32,000 nucleotides of DNA from Saccharolobus solfataricus (GTDB taxonomy: Archaea > Thermoproteota > Thermoprotei_A > Sulfolobales > Sulfolobaceae). Positions 1 to 9,611 of the stretch are shown here, piece after piece. A program made the translations under genes and the position numbers. The stretch is taken from assembly GCF_900079115.1 (NCBI RefSeq), contig NZ_LT549890.1, positions 420,001 through 452,000 of the forward strand, read 5' to 3'. Position 1 is the first letter of the stretch, and the number at the start of each line of letters is the position of its first letter. Under the pieces are notes generated by a model, which was given only the letters and a program-made list of their open reading frames with translations, did not search any database and was not told the DNA's origin.

Positions 1-160
1 AAAAGGGTAGGAAGAAAGAATCCCAGAAAACTTTGGAAAGAATTTAGAAAAATTACGTGATTCGGTTTATGAAGTTTTAACCATACGACTAAGGCAGCCG
101 ATAGAATAAACTTCAATTTAATATTTTCTTATTCTAACTGAGCCAAAAAATTTATAGTTT

Positions 161-173
161 GGATAGTCTATCC
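161..173. promoter_or_regulatory. 13-bp palindrome GGATAG-T-CTATCC between a TATA-like box (TTTATAG, 151-157) and the ATG at 181; candidate operator
   Basis: Read directly. It is a perfect 6+1+6 inverted repeat. It sits where a repressor would block TBP/TFB or RNAP at a leaderless gene; the TATA box is about 25-30 nt upstream of the ATG. Confidence 0.3.
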
Positions 174-180
174 AGACATT

Positions 181-1137
181 ATGCCAAGCGTAAAAGCGAT
201 TGGTACGATAGTAGCTATAATTATAGTAGTGAGTGTAATTTCCGTCTACTATTATTACAAGAGTTCTTCTACATTACAACCGGCTACTGTTAACAATAAT
301 CTTAGAATTGTATCATTAGCACCTAGTGATACACAAATTCTAATAAGTTTAGGCTTAGGTAAATATATAGTGGGAACTGATTACTATTCATACCAGTTAT
401 TGCAATCTCTTAACCTCACAAAGGATATACCATCTAATATTACAGTGTTTTCTCAAATATCTCCTCCAAATATTTCTGGCCTGCTACTATTACATCCAAC
501 GGTTATTGTAGTTGAAAAAGGGCTTATAGGAAGTTACATAGAGCAAATGAAAGAAGCTGGACTTAACGTCTTAATTACGAATAATGATTTTGCAAGTACC
601 TATTCCCAGATAGAAAATTGTATATTAAAAGTAGGAGAGTATTTTAATGTAACTAGTAAAGCTCAACAGTTAATAGATTGGATGAATCAGAAAATAAGCG
701 ATTTCTCTACTGCAGGAAATGTAAGCGTAGCTTATTTATTATGGATATGCCCAGATTTAAGTTTCTACACCGCTGGCGGGAACGTTTTTATAAATAGCAT
801 AATTGTTCAAGCGGGCGGTATTAACGTTTTTGCGAACTACTCTGGCTATCCATTATTAACCCCGTCACCACTATTGATAATAAAACCCTCTGTCGTAATT
901 GCGCAGGAAGTATATAATTTAACTTACACCAACTACTTAATTTCCCAATATAAGGGAATAAATAGTAGTAATCTCTATATAATAGGAAATCTAGCAACTA
1001 ACCTATTAAATGAACCAGGACCACTTTCGGTGTATTCCATACAAGTTATTAAACTCATAATTGAGGGAAAGGCGCCACATTTCATTTCAGACAATTGGGT
1101 GATAAACAATCTTAATGTAACTCTGCCGGTGTTTTAG
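181..1137 (+). CDS. ABC transporter substrate-binding protein, iron-siderophore/cobalamin (BtuF/FhuD-like) class
   Basis: 318-aa ORF with an N-terminal hydrophobic anchor (IGTIVAIIIVVSVISVYYYY). This is followed by LRIVSLAPSDTQILISLGLGKYIVGTDYYS, typical of BtuF/FhuD-type binding proteins. The stop abuts the ATG of the FecCD-type permease (TAGATG). Confidence 0.7.
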   Translation: MPSVKAIGTIVAIIIVVSVISVYYYYKSSSTLQPATVNNNLRIVSLAPSDTQILISLGLGKYIVGTDYYSYQLLQSLNLTKDIPSNITVFSQISPPNISGLLLLHPTVIVVEKGLIGSYIEQMKEAGLNVLITNNDFASTYSQIENCILKVGEYFNVTSKAQQLIDWMNQKISDFSTAGNVSVAYLLWICPDLSFYTAGGNVFINSIIVQAGGINVFANYSGYPLLTPSPLLIIKPSVVIAQEVYNLTYTNYLISQYKGINSSNLYIIGNLATNLLNEPGPLSVYSIQVIKLIIEGKAPHFISDNWVINNLNVTLPVF

Positions 1138-2124
1138 ATGGTTCGTTTAAGTGGTATTTTTTTAATTATAGGATTTATTATTTCGTTTTTGCTTGGGTTA
1201 CTCTACGGTGATGTTACTATACCGATTAGCGAGATTTTCCATCCTAGCGGAGTTTACGCTTATATATTGCTTAACATAAGATTACCTACCTTAACTGTGG
1301 CAATTCTCATAGGTGCAATCTTATCCACATCTGGGGCAGTTCTTCAGATGTTATTGAGAAATCCACTCGTAGATCCCTATATAAGTGGGACAGCATCTGG
1401 TGGGGCTTTTGGGGCAGTTCTTACGTATTTACTGCTGATGCTTAATTTGCCCTTTTCATGGATAATATACTTCCAACCTTTGGTAGCATTCTTCACTGCA
1501 ACGCTAGCAACCTTGATAACCATAATGATTGGAAAGAAATCAGGATATCTTGGTCTTGTGATTGGTGGTGTTTTAGTCTCGTTCATTTTCTCATCTCTGG
1601 TAACGGTCATATTATCAGTAATGAGCGCTAAATATCCTCAAATACCCCCACTTACCTTTTGGCTCTTGGGAGATATTAGCGTAGTTGGCTGGTTTAATGC
1701 CATAATATTATCATTATTTGCCATTCTCTTACTTTACTTTAGCCTATCAAATTCTAGATTGATAGACTTACTATCAATAAGTGATGAGATTAGTTATTCT
1801 CAAGGGGTAAATCCTAATAAGCAGAGAGTCTTCTGGCTATTATTCATAAGTCTTGTAGTAGCTTACTGTGTTTCAATAGCCGGTATTATAGGATTTTTAG
1901 GCATAATAGTTCCACATATTATTAGGAGATTAATTGGAGGAAACACAAGCCAGCTAGTGATGTATTCCTCACTATTAGGTTCAACAATCTTAATTCTAAG
2001 TAACATTTTATCTCATGGTATATTTGGTTATTTTATTCCTCTAACTGCGCTTCTTTCAATCATGGGAGCTCCAATAATGATATTCGCGTTGGTGAGAAAA
2101 GATGTTAACGTTGAGGAATATTAG
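1138..2124 (+). CDS. ABC transporter permease, FecCD/BtuC family
   Basis: 328-aa polytopic membrane ORF. The segment RLPTLTVAILIGAILSTSGAVLQMLLRNPLVDPYISGTASGGAFGAV is characteristic of the FecCD family. It lies between the binding-protein and ATPase genes. Confidence 0.8.
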   Translation: MVRLSGIFLIIGFIISFLLGLLYGDVTIPISEIFHPSGVYAYILLNIRLPTLTVAILIGAILSTSGAVLQMLLRNPLVDPYISGTASGGAFGAVLTYLLLMLNLPFSWIIYFQPLVAFFTATLATLITIMIGKKSGYLGLVIGGVLVSFIFSSLVTVILSVMSAKYPQIPPLTFWLLGDISVVGWFNAIILSLFAILLLYFSLSNSRLIDLLSISDEISYSQGVNPNKQRVFWLLFISLVVAYCVSIAGIIGFLGIIVPHIIRRLIGGNTSQLVMYSSLLGSTILILSNILSHGIFGYFIPLTALLSIMGAPIMIFALVRKDVNVEEY

Positions 2125-2761
2125 TGTAAGATTAGGAGGCAAATTAATTTTGTCAAGCATTTCTTTTAGTGCAGTAAAAGGTATTAATGTGATTTTAGGA
2201 CCAAATGGAAGTGGTAAGACTACGCTACTAAGAGCGATAATTGGGATGATAAAGTATGATGGTGAAATAAGAGTCGATGGTGAAATATCATACGTTCCAG
2301 CTGAGTTTTTCTCTCCTAGTATGAAAGTTCTAGATGTATTAAAAGCAGGTAGAAAAAGGGCTAATTATGAATCATATATAAAGGAGTTAAATGTGGAGAA
2401 GTTTCTTGAGAGAGATTTCTCCACCTTAAGCTCTGGTGAAAGAAAACTAATCTTAGTAACAAAGGCTCTAGCTGAGGGAGACAATGTAATAATGGATGAA
2501 CCTCTTTCAAATCTTGACGTTAAAAATAAATTCTTTGTGATGAATATTTTAAAGAAGTTTAACCATAAGACCTTTCTGATTACTTCTCATGAGCTAGAAA
2601 CTTTAAGGTATGCTGATAAAGCTATCGTGATCAATAAAGGAAAATTGGAATATGATGGAGGAGTTAGCGATCTTTCTGACGATCTACTTTCCAACGTATA
2701 TGGTATAAAGTTCAAAAAAATACAAGTTGACGGTAAAACATTCTTTAATGTTACGGGATAA
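2102..2761 (+). CDS. ABC transporter ATP-binding protein (FepC/BtuD-like)
   Basis: Walker A GPNGSGKTTLL, ABC signature LSSGERKL, Walker B VIMDEPLSNLD. The ATG overlaps the permease 3' end by 23 nt. Confidence 0.85.
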   Translation: MLTLRNISVRLGGKLILSSISFSAVKGINVILGPNGSGKTTLLRAIIGMIKYDGEIRVDGEISYVPAEFFSPSMKVLDVLKAGRKRANYESYIKELNVEKFLERDFSTLSSGERKLILVTKALAEGDNVIMDEPLSNLDVKNKFFVMNILKKFNHKTFLITSHELETLRYADKAIVINKGKLEYDGGVSDLSDDLLSNVYGIKFKKIQVDGKTFFNVTG

Positions 2762-2901
2762 TAAGCGTTTAAAGGGAGGCAGAGTAATTTGTATTTGTAG
2801 TTAAAGCTTATGTTTCGATTAGATCACGATGTAGTTAAGTTTTCATTAGGTTGCAAATTTTTATAACTTAACTATGTTTTCATCAAAGAAATTAATTAAA
2901 T

Positions 2902-3675
2902 CTAACTTATCCTACCTATAACGTATTTTTCAGTTAACTCGTTTTTTGGCGAGGTAAATATTTCATTAGAAGATCCCCATTCTACTAATTCTCCATTGTA
3001 TAAGAAGGCTACATAATCAGCAACTCTTGCGACTTGCTGAGGATTATGTGACACAATAACTATAGCTATTTCATTTTTTAGCTCCGTTATTAATTTCTCG
3101 ATAGCTTGAGAATTAACTATATCAATCATAGATGTAGGCTCGTCCATTAAAAGTACTTTTGGCTTAAGCGCAAGTGCTCTGGCTATTGTTAATCTTTGTT
3201 GTTGTCCACCTGAGAGTTGAGAAGCTGGACTATTTAGCCTATCATATACTTCTTTCCATAGCCCTACCTTTCTTAAGCACTCCTCCACTATTTTCTTTAT
3301 TTCCCTTTTCTCTTTGATCCCGTGTGACTTTAGCGGATATGCTATGTTATCATAAATGCTAAGATGTGGAAATGGATTAGGCTGTTGAAATACCATTCCT
3401 ACTTCTTTTCTAAGTTTTATAGCATCTATTTGAAAGATATCTTTGCCAAAATATAGAACCTTTCCATCAACCTTTATTTTACTATCATAGATCTCTATTA
3501 ATCTATTCAAAACTTTTAATAATGTTGACTTTCCAGAACCTGAAGGCCCCATTATACCAAATATTGAATTATTAGGTATTTTAATAGTGATATCTTTCAG
3601 TATAGCTTTATCGTTTATATATAAATATAGTCTAGATATGTTAAATACGTCCTCTGCGCTTTTTCCAGCTTCCAT
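2902..3675 (-). CDS. pstB: Phosphate ABC transporter ATP-binding protein PstB
   Basis: Walker A GPSGSGKSTLL, FQQPNPFP motif, signature LSGGQQQRLTIARALA, Walker B LLMDEPTSMID. It is divergent from pstSCA. Confidence 0.85.
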   Translation of the reverse strand: MEAGKSAEDVFNISRLYLYINDKAILKDITIKIPNNSIFGIMGPSGSGKSTLLKVLNRLIEIYDSKIKVDGKVLYFGKDIFQIDAIKLRKEVGMVFQQPNPFPHLSIYDNIAYPLKSHGIKEKREIKKIVEECLRKVGLWKEVYDRLNSPASQLSGGQQQRLTIARALALKPKVLLMDEPTSMIDIVNSQAIEKLITELKNEIAIVIVSHNPQQVARVADYVAFLYNGELVEWGSSNEIFTSPKNELTEKYVIGRIS

Positions 3676-3820
3676 TACGTTCTACTCATACTTCTATTTT
3701 TAATATATAAAAAGATAATCTATATAATCTATATATTCTACTATATCTTATTGAGAATACTATATATTATATACAATATGTTTATAATCCTACTTCTAGT
3801 AGTTAATCTCAAGATAGGTC
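3676..3820. promoter_or_regulatory. Divergent pstB / pstSCA control region, extremely AT-rich, with a tandem ATCTATATA repeat
   Basis: AATCTATATA occurs at 3717-3726 and again at 3726-3735. TCTACT-containing motifs occur at 3681, 3738 and near 3790. Several TATA-like boxes face both ways. Confidence 0.35.
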
Positions 3821-5038
3821 ATGAAAGGGTTTTCAACTTTGGCAGTTGTGATAATATTAATAATAGTTGTTATTGCAGTGGCAGGGATTTTTTTCGTGAT
3901 AAATTCCCAAGGTGGTCATAACACTACAACTACTTCAACAAGTTCATCTTTTTCTACTTCGTCACAAGCTTCATCATCTCAAACTACAGCCTCATCACAA
4001 ATTTCGGCAAGTATTATAGCTGGTGGTTCTACTTTTGTTAATCCATTAATGCAAGTGTGGATTAAAGATTTCCAGTCAAATTATAATGGAATTCAAGTAA
4101 CTTATAGTGCAGTGGGTAGTGGAGCAGGAGTGAATAATTTCTTACAAGGTGCCTATGACATAGGAGCTACAGATGTTCCTCCGCCCAGTAATTTGTATCA
4201 GCAATTAACTCAAAAATATGGTGAAGTTCTCACAATCCCTGATGTTGTAGGTGCAGTGGATATAATATACAATATTCCAAGCTTTTCTGGTACCTTGAAC
4301 TTAACAGCTGATGTTTTAGCAAAGATATACTTAGGGCAAATTCAATATTGGGATGATCCAGCAATAAAAGCATTAAATCCCCACTTTAATTTCACTCATC
4401 AAAAAATAATAGCAGTTCATAGAAGTGATGGAAGCGGCACTACCTTTATCTTTACATATTGGCTTTACACCTCATCTCAATCTTGGAGGAGTTCAAATGT
4501 TAGTTATGGTTATACCGTTAACTGGCCGGTAGATAAACTTGGAAACGGATTAGGAGGTAAGGGAAGTGATGGAGTTACAGCATATGTTTCTCAAAATCCT
4601 TATTCAATAGGCTATGTTGAGGCACAGTACGCAATAGCGAAGAATTTAACTCCAGCGGCCGTATTAAATCCATCCACAGGCGATTATGTTTTACCAACTC
4701 AAGCTTCAATTGAGACCGCAATTCAAAACGCTAATTTATCTTCGCTTCCTTCTTCATTGACAAGAGATTTGTCTCAATATCTTTCAGTCTTCTTAAACGT
4801 TAAAGCACACAACGCTTATCCTATAGTGACGTTTTCATGGCTAGTTATTAAGGTAAATTATACCGATAAGTCTAAGGCAGAAGCGATTTACTTATTTTTG
4901 AAGTATATTGCAACTACTGGACAGACTGAATTACCATCGGGGTATATTGAATTACCATCAAATATTCAACAATTAATTCTACAAAATCTTAAGCTAATAT
5001 CATATAATAATACGTCTGTTTATACCTTGGTGAGCTAA
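3821..5038 (+). CDS. pstS: Phosphate ABC transporter substrate-binding protein PstS, membrane anchored with a Ser/Thr-rich linker
   Basis: N-terminal TM segment, then the linker TTTTSTSSSFSTSSQASSSQTTASSQ. PstS-type motifs GGSTFVNPLM, AVGSGAGV and HRSDGSGTTFIFT are present. Confidence 0.8.
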   Translation: MKGFSTLAVVIILIIVVIAVAGIFFVINSQGGHNTTTTSTSSSFSTSSQASSSQTTASSQISASIIAGGSTFVNPLMQVWIKDFQSNYNGIQVTYSAVGSGAGVNNFLQGAYDIGATDVPPPSNLYQQLTQKYGEVLTIPDVVGAVDIIYNIPSFSGTLNLTADVLAKIYLGQIQYWDDPAIKALNPHFNFTHQKIIAVHRSDGSGTTFIFTYWLYTSSQSWRSSNVSYGYTVNWPVDKLGNGLGGKGSDGVTAYVSQNPYSIGYVEAQYAIAKNLTPAAVLNPSTGDYVLPTQASIETAIQNANLSSLPSSLTRDLSQYLSVFLNVKAHNAYPIVTFSWLVIKVNYTDKSKAEAIYLFLKYIATTGQTELPSGYIELPSNIQQLILQNLKLISYNNTSVYTLVS

Positions 5039-5040
5039 AA

Positions 5041-5925
5041 ATGATAACAATTAAAAGAAAAAGAGAAAAATTTTTTTATTTTCTACTTATACCTTCATCT
5101 GTAGTAGTCTTTACTTTTATATTGATACTGAGTGTATTAGTGTATAATTCTATTCCTATTTTAGAGAAAGTTGGTCTTTCGATTTATACTAAAAATATAT
5201 GGAATCCTATTTACGATCAGTATGGTGGTTTAGCAGCGATTTACGGTACGATAGTAACAAGTGTGTTAAGCGTAATGATATCTATCCCATTTGCTACTGC
5301 TTTTTCCATTTTTGTTAATGACATTTCTCCAAAAAAAGTTAAAAGTTTTCTAGTTAACCTGTCAGATCTTCTGGCGGCTTTTCCTACAGTGCTATATGGA
5401 TTCTGGGGTCTTCTATCACTTGGCCCATTTTTATCTCGCACATTATTTACGTTTCTAAGCTCTCACGTTGGGCTTCACCAAACTACTAATGGACCTAGTA
5501 TATTACTGGCCTCAATAATATTGGCAATTATGATAACACCTTTTGCATCTTCTCTCATAAGGGAAGTTTACTTTCAAGTTCCTAGGTCCTTTGAGGAAGC
5601 TGTGTATTCTCTAGGGTTAGGTAAGTGGGAGTTAATTACGCTGAAGCTTTCCTACATTAAAAAGGCTTTCTTGGGCGCATATGCATTAGCATTTGGAAGA
5701 GCAGTTGGAGAAACTGTGGCAGTAAGCCTTACAATAGGCAATGTATTAAACATTTCACCGAACCTATTTGAACCGGGTTATACGATATCATCTTTAATTA
5801 TTAGTCAGTTTGGAACTGCGTATGGAATCCAGTATAATGCAATGTTTGCACTTGCGTTATTTCTTGTTGTAATAGGATTCATATTTGTAATAATCTCTAA
5901 ATTAATCGTGAGGATGAGATCTTGA
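5041..5925 (+). CDS. pstC: Phosphate ABC transporter permease PstC
   Basis: 294-aa polytopic ORF. It has an EAA-like loop (EEAVYSLGLGKWELI...FGRAVGET) of the binding-protein-dependent permease family and lies directly after pstS. Confidence 0.8.
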   Translation: MITIKRKREKFFYFLLIPSSVVVFTFILILSVLVYNSIPILEKVGLSIYTKNIWNPIYDQYGGLAAIYGTIVTSVLSVMISIPFATAFSIFVNDISPKKVKSFLVNLSDLLAAFPTVLYGFWGLLSLGPFLSRTLFTFLSSHVGLHQTTNGPSILLASIILAIMITPFASSLIREVYFQVPRSFEEAVYSLGLGKWELITLKLSYIKKAFLGAYALAFGRAVGETVAVSLTIGNVLNISPNLFEPGYTISSLIISQFGTAYGIQYNAMFALALFLVVIGFIFVIISKLIVRMRS

Positions 5926-6740
5926 GAAGAAAAGATACTGTAATTGTCTCCCTTATAACATTATTAGTTATATTATTTTTACTTCCTATAACATTTCTTT
6001 TATACACTGTAGTTGTAAATGGATCAAAGGTTATAATTAGTTATGGACCTAGATTTTTTATAGATTTGCCTCCAAATCCCGGCGAGGGATTAGGCGGTAT
6101 AGGTCCAGCTCTAGAAGGCTCTTTATACATGGTCTCATTAGCAGTGCTAATCTCAGCTCCTATCTCCATATTTACTGGAGTTTTTTTATCGTTCTTCGAA
6201 AGGTCAAAAATAGCTAGTTTAATTAGAGCAAGTTTAGAGCTAATGGTGGAATTCCCAACTATTGTCATAGGTATAGTCATATTCACAATTCTAGTTGTAG
6301 AAATTGGTTTAGGATTAAATGGGATTACGGCCGCTATGGCATTAGCAATTGTCATGTTGCCCTATTCAACTATACAAATTAGCGAAGCCCTAAGAATCCC
6401 AAAGAAGCTTTACGAAGAGGTCGCCTACTCCCTCGGTTTAACCACCTGGCAAGTAATAAAATTAGTCATGTATATAGGAAGAAGAGGAATAATAAATGGT
6501 CTATTAATAGGCTTCGCAAAAATAATAGGCGAGACTGCTCCCATAATTTTCCTCACTTCTTCCACTGCTAACCTTTATATAAAGACTTTTAATACAGCTG
6601 TTACTGGAATTCCAGTAATGATATATAATTATGCGTTTAGCGGCTACTCAAACTTAAACGAAGTAGCTTGGGGAGCATCTTTTGTATTAATAATTCTTGT
6701 TACAATAATATTTGTCGTAGTTAGAAAAATGGCAAAATAA
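5922..6740 (+). CDS. pstA: Phosphate ABC transporter permease PstA
   Basis: 272-aa polytopic ORF with an EAA-like loop (EEVAYSLGLTTWQVI...FAKIIGETAP). Its TTG start overlaps the pstC TGA (cTTGA). Confidence 0.8.
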   Translation: MRRKDTVIVSLITLLVILFLLPITFLLYTVVVNGSKVIISYGPRFFIDLPPNPGEGLGGIGPALEGSLYMVSLAVLISAPISIFTGVFLSFFERSKIASLIRASLELMVEFPTIVIGIVIFTILVVEIGLGLNGITAAMALAIVMLPYSTIQISEALRIPKKLYEEVAYSLGLTTWQVIKLVMYIGRRGIINGLLIGFAKIIGETAPIIFLTSSTANLYIKTFNTAVTGIPVMIYNYAFSGYSNLNEVAWGASFVLIILVTIIFVVVRKMAK

Positions 6741-6963
6741 GTTCACATTGTCATCATTGACCTACAAATCAATTAATTTAATTAACCTTCAAGAAGAGAA
6801 GGCATTAAACTGATTTACTTAATGTACGTTTAGTATATTAGGAAGAGAATTTATAGCTTAATAGTAATAATATGAATAAGTTTTATCATTTAACCCGTTC
6901 TTAGGTTCCTATATAATCAAAGCTAGCAAACTTGTTATATACTTTAGATTCGTGATTAGTAGT

Positions 6964-7989
6964 ATGGTAAAAGAGGTTTGTATGAAATGCAGAAAGGAAA
7001 GGGAAAGTATATACGAGATTAAGTGTAACAAATGCGGAGGACCATTCGAGATCCTGATAGATTTTGAATTTGATAAGAATTCTGAGAGAGGTTTTCCCTA
7101 TAGTGAAAAGATTTTCCCTTACATCAAACATTTCATATCCCTAGGAGAGGGAAGAACTCCATTAATTAAAAAGGGGAACATATGGTTTAAACTCGACTTC
7201 TTAAATCCATCAGGATCATACAAGGATAGAGGAGCAGTGACTCTGGTCTCTTATCTTGCGGAAAAAGGTGTAAAACAAATTAGTGAAGACTCTTCTGGAA
7301 ATGCAGGATCAGCAATAGCTGCGTATTCTGCAGCTGCTGGTATTGAGGCATACATTTTCGTTCCTGAAACGGCAAAAGGAGGAAAACTTAAGCAAATAGA
7401 ATCCTACGGTGCTCACGTTGTTAGAGTAAGGGGGAGTAGAGAAGATGTAGCAAAAGCTGCAGAGAATTCTGGTTACTATTACGCATCACATGTTTTACAA
7501 CCTCAATTTAGAGATGGGATTAGAACTCTGGCATATGAAATTGTAAAGGATTTAGATTGGAAAATTCCTAATTATGTTTTCATTCCAGTATCAGCAGGAA
7601 CTTTACTTTTAGGTGTTTATAAGGGGTTCAAGCACTTGCTAGATTCTGGTGTCATATCGGAAATGCCTAAAATCGTAGCAGTCCAAACAGAGCAAGTTAT
7701 GCCACTTTGTGCTAAATTCAAAAAGATTTCTTACACACCACCAGACAAGGTTACCTCCATTGCAGACGCTTTAGTATCAACTAGACCATTTCTACTAGAT
7801 TATATGGTAAAGGCTTCTAGTGAATGCATAGTTGTAAGCGATAATGAAATAGTAGAAGCTTGGAAAGAATTGGCTAAAATGGGACTGCTGGTAGAATATA
7901 GTTCTGCTACTGTATTTGCTGCTTATAAGAAATACAGTGTTAACGATGCAGTATTAGTTTTAACCGGTAGCGGATTAAAGGTATTATGA
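6964..7989 (+). CDS. thrC: Threonine synthase-like PLP enzyme with an N-terminal CxxC..CxxC zinc ribbon
   Basis: [13 protein letters not shown] (PLP-lysine motif), [10 protein letters not shown], and an N-terminal CMKC-x11-CNKC. The ORF track opens at 6952 (GTG); the first ATG is at 6964 and another is at 6982. Confidence 0.7.
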   Translation: MVKEVCMKCRKERESIYEIKCNKCGGPFEILIDFEFDKNSERGFPYSEKIFPYIKHFISLGEGRTPLIKKGNIWFKLDFLNPSGSYKDRGAVTLVSYLAEKGVKQISEDSSGNAGSAIAAYSAAAGIEAYIFVPETAKGGKLKQIESYGAHVVRVRGSREDVAKAAENSGYYYASHVLQPQFRDGIRTLAYEIVKDLDWKIPNYVFIPVSAGTLLLGVYKGFKHLLDSGVISEMPKIVAVQTEQVMPLCAKFKKISYTPPDKVTSIADALVSTRPFLLDYMVKASSECIVVSDNEIVEAWKELAKMGLLVEYSSATVFAAYKKYSVNDAVLVLTGSGLKVL

Positions 7990-8648
7990 AGATTTTTGTT
8001 GGAACCTCTGGCTGGACGTATGACTGGAATGATGATGATACTTTAGAGTGGTATGTTAAGAATAGTGGGCTTAACGCAGTAGAGGTTAATATGTCGTTTT
8101 ATCGATATCCTACAAGAAAACAAGTTGAAAGGTGGAGTAAATTTAAGGAGATTAGATGGATAGTAAAGGTAAATAGGAGAATCACGCACATGAAAAGGCT
8201 AAAAGATTTTCAGTCTTGGAAAGAGTTTCAACAAATAGTTGACTCATTGAATCCAGATTTTTATTTGTTTCAATTACCACCAACTTTTAAGAGGAATTCA
8301 GAAAATGAGAAGAGAGTATTTCAATTTGCTGAAGTATTAAAGGATAAAATGGCCGTTGAGTTTAGGGACATTCAATGGTACTTAAAGCCCCTTAATGTTA
8401 CTTGTGTAATTGTCTCAATAGATTCACCAATAGGTACTTATGTTATAAAGAATAACGATTACATTTACCTAAGATTGCATGGAAGAGATGTTTGGTACAC
8501 TTATGATTACTCTGAGAAGGAACTAAAGGAGTTAGCAGATAAAATAATCTCGTTGAATCCTAAGTACGTTTATGTGTTCTTTAATAACAATCATTGGATG
8601 CTTGATAATGGTAGATATATGCTTAAAATTTTAACTGAGAAATCTTAA
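7986..8648 (+). CDS. DUF72 family protein
   Basis: The N-terminus [15 protein letters not shown] matches the GTSGW-Y-W hallmark of DUF72. Its ATG overlaps the thrC stop (ATGA). Confidence 0.7.
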   Translation: MKIFVGTSGWTYDWNDDDTLEWYVKNSGLNAVEVNMSFYRYPTRKQVERWSKFKEIRWIVKVNRRITHMKRLKDFQSWKEFQQIVDSLNPDFYLFQLPPTFKRNSENEKRVFQFAEVLKDKMAVEFRDIQWYLKPLNVTCVIVSIDSPIGTYVIKNNDYIYLRLHGRDVWYTYDYSEKELKELADKIISLNPKYVYVFFNNNHWMLDNGRYMLKILTEKS

Positions 8649-8653
8649 AGTGT

Positions 8654-8702
8654 GTGATGATAAGGGACCACATGGAGTGGTGAAGATAACTTACCCGTCT
8701 GA
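8654..8702 (+). ncRNA. C/D box sRNA (2'-O-methylation guide)
   Basis: C box GUGAUGA 8654-8660; 12-nt guide UAAGGGACCACA; D' UGGA 8673-8676; 3-nt spacer; C' GUGAAGA 8680-8686; 12-nt guide UAACUUACCCGU; D box CUGA 8699-8702. Both guides show the exact archaeal 12-nt spacing. It is intergenic between the DUF72 gene and proC. Confidence 0.65.
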
Positions 8703-8732
8703 ATATTTAAGTTCCAGAGCATTTTGAAAATT

Positions 8733-9557
8733 ATGGAAGATTTAACTATTGGAATATTAGGAGCTGGTAAAATAGGTTCTGCAATAGTAAGGGCAATAAG
8801 GCTAAAGTATCCTAGCATCCACGTAATTGCTACTGCGAGAAAAGATGAGACTTTAAGAAATGTAAAAGATCTAGAGGTAGAGACTACTAAGGATAATAAT
8901 TATGCAGTTAATAAATCAGATGTAATTATCTTAAGCGTTAAGCCTCAGCATTTTCCTACTGTTCTAAGGCAAGTTGGCATAGAGTCATGGAGAGATAAGG
9001 TAGTAATTTCAATAATGGCAGGAGTTAAGTTATCTACATTATCTACCCTACTTAATAATGCTGAGGTTTATAGAGCCATGCCAAACATTAATGCAATAGT
9101 ATATAAGTCTACTACTACAATTGCTGAGAATAACGGGAAAAGTAGAGAATTAGTGGAGAACATATTTAAGACACTAGGTAACGTATACTGGCTTCCAGAA
9201 GAATACTTGGATATTTGGACTGCACTAGTAGGCAGTGGTCCAGCTTTTATATCTGAAATTATAGATGCGTTAAGTTTAGGTGCAGTTGCTTGTGGAATGC
9301 AAAGAGAGATAGCCTACAATGCGGTTTTGGATATGATAAGTGGAACTATAATTATGCTTAAGGAGGGTAAAATAGATCATCCTATGCTATTACGTGATCA
9401 AGTGACTACGCCAGTCGGTACCACAATAAGGGGACTCATGGTTATGGAAGCTAAGAGCGTTAAGTCAGCGTTAATTGAGACAATAGAGGCATCATATAAG
9501 AGGGCAGTTGAAATAGGCAATGAGATTGACAAGAGTATTAGGAATAATAGCAAATAA
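8733..9557 (+). CDS. proC: Pyrroline-5-carboxylate reductase
   Basis: Rossmann motif IGILGAGKIGSAI, plus RAMPNINAIV, GSGPAF and VTTPVGTTIRGL. The ORF opens at 8724 (TTG); the first ATG is at 8733. Confidence 0.85.
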   Translation: MEDLTIGILGAGKIGSAIVRAIRLKYPSIHVIATARKDETLRNVKDLEVETTKDNNYAVNKSDVIILSVKPQHFPTVLRQVGIESWRDKVVISIMAGVKLSTLSTLLNNAEVYRAMPNINAIVYKSTTTIAENNGKSRELVENIFKTLGNVYWLPEEYLDIWTALVGSGPAFISEIIDALSLGAVACGMQREIAYNAVLDMISGTIIMLKEGKIDHPMLLRDQVTTPVGTTIRGLMVMEAKSVKSALIETIEASYKRAVEIGNEIDKSIRNNSK

Positions 9558-9611
9558 GGAGGTGATGATTAAGCTTAATAATAACATGCGAAAATAATTA
9601 TTGCGCTCAAT

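Noticed and set aside
1-60. Open frame ending at TGA 58-60 (…KRVGRKNPRKLWKEFRKIT-stop), possibly the 3' end of an upstream gene
   Set aside because: Only 19 codons are visible. There is no way to support a call.
1377-1610. Antisense ORFs inside well-supported core genes (1377-1610, 5241-5441, 6041-6355, 6901-7131, 14113-14427, 16001-16279, 17891-18127, 18134-18328, 18446-18661, 19525-19740, 20964-21146, 21372-21557)
   Set aside because: Each lies wholly or largely within a longer ORF on the other strand that carries clear family motifs. Their products are low-complexity or odd in composition and have no promoter context.
9563-9611. GGAGGUGAUGA after the proC stop (C-box-like, also a Shine-Dalgarno look-alike with a 10-codon mini-ORF)
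   Set aside because: No D box (CUGA) follows within 60 nt. The SD-to-ATG spacing for the mini-ORF is too short (about 1 nt).
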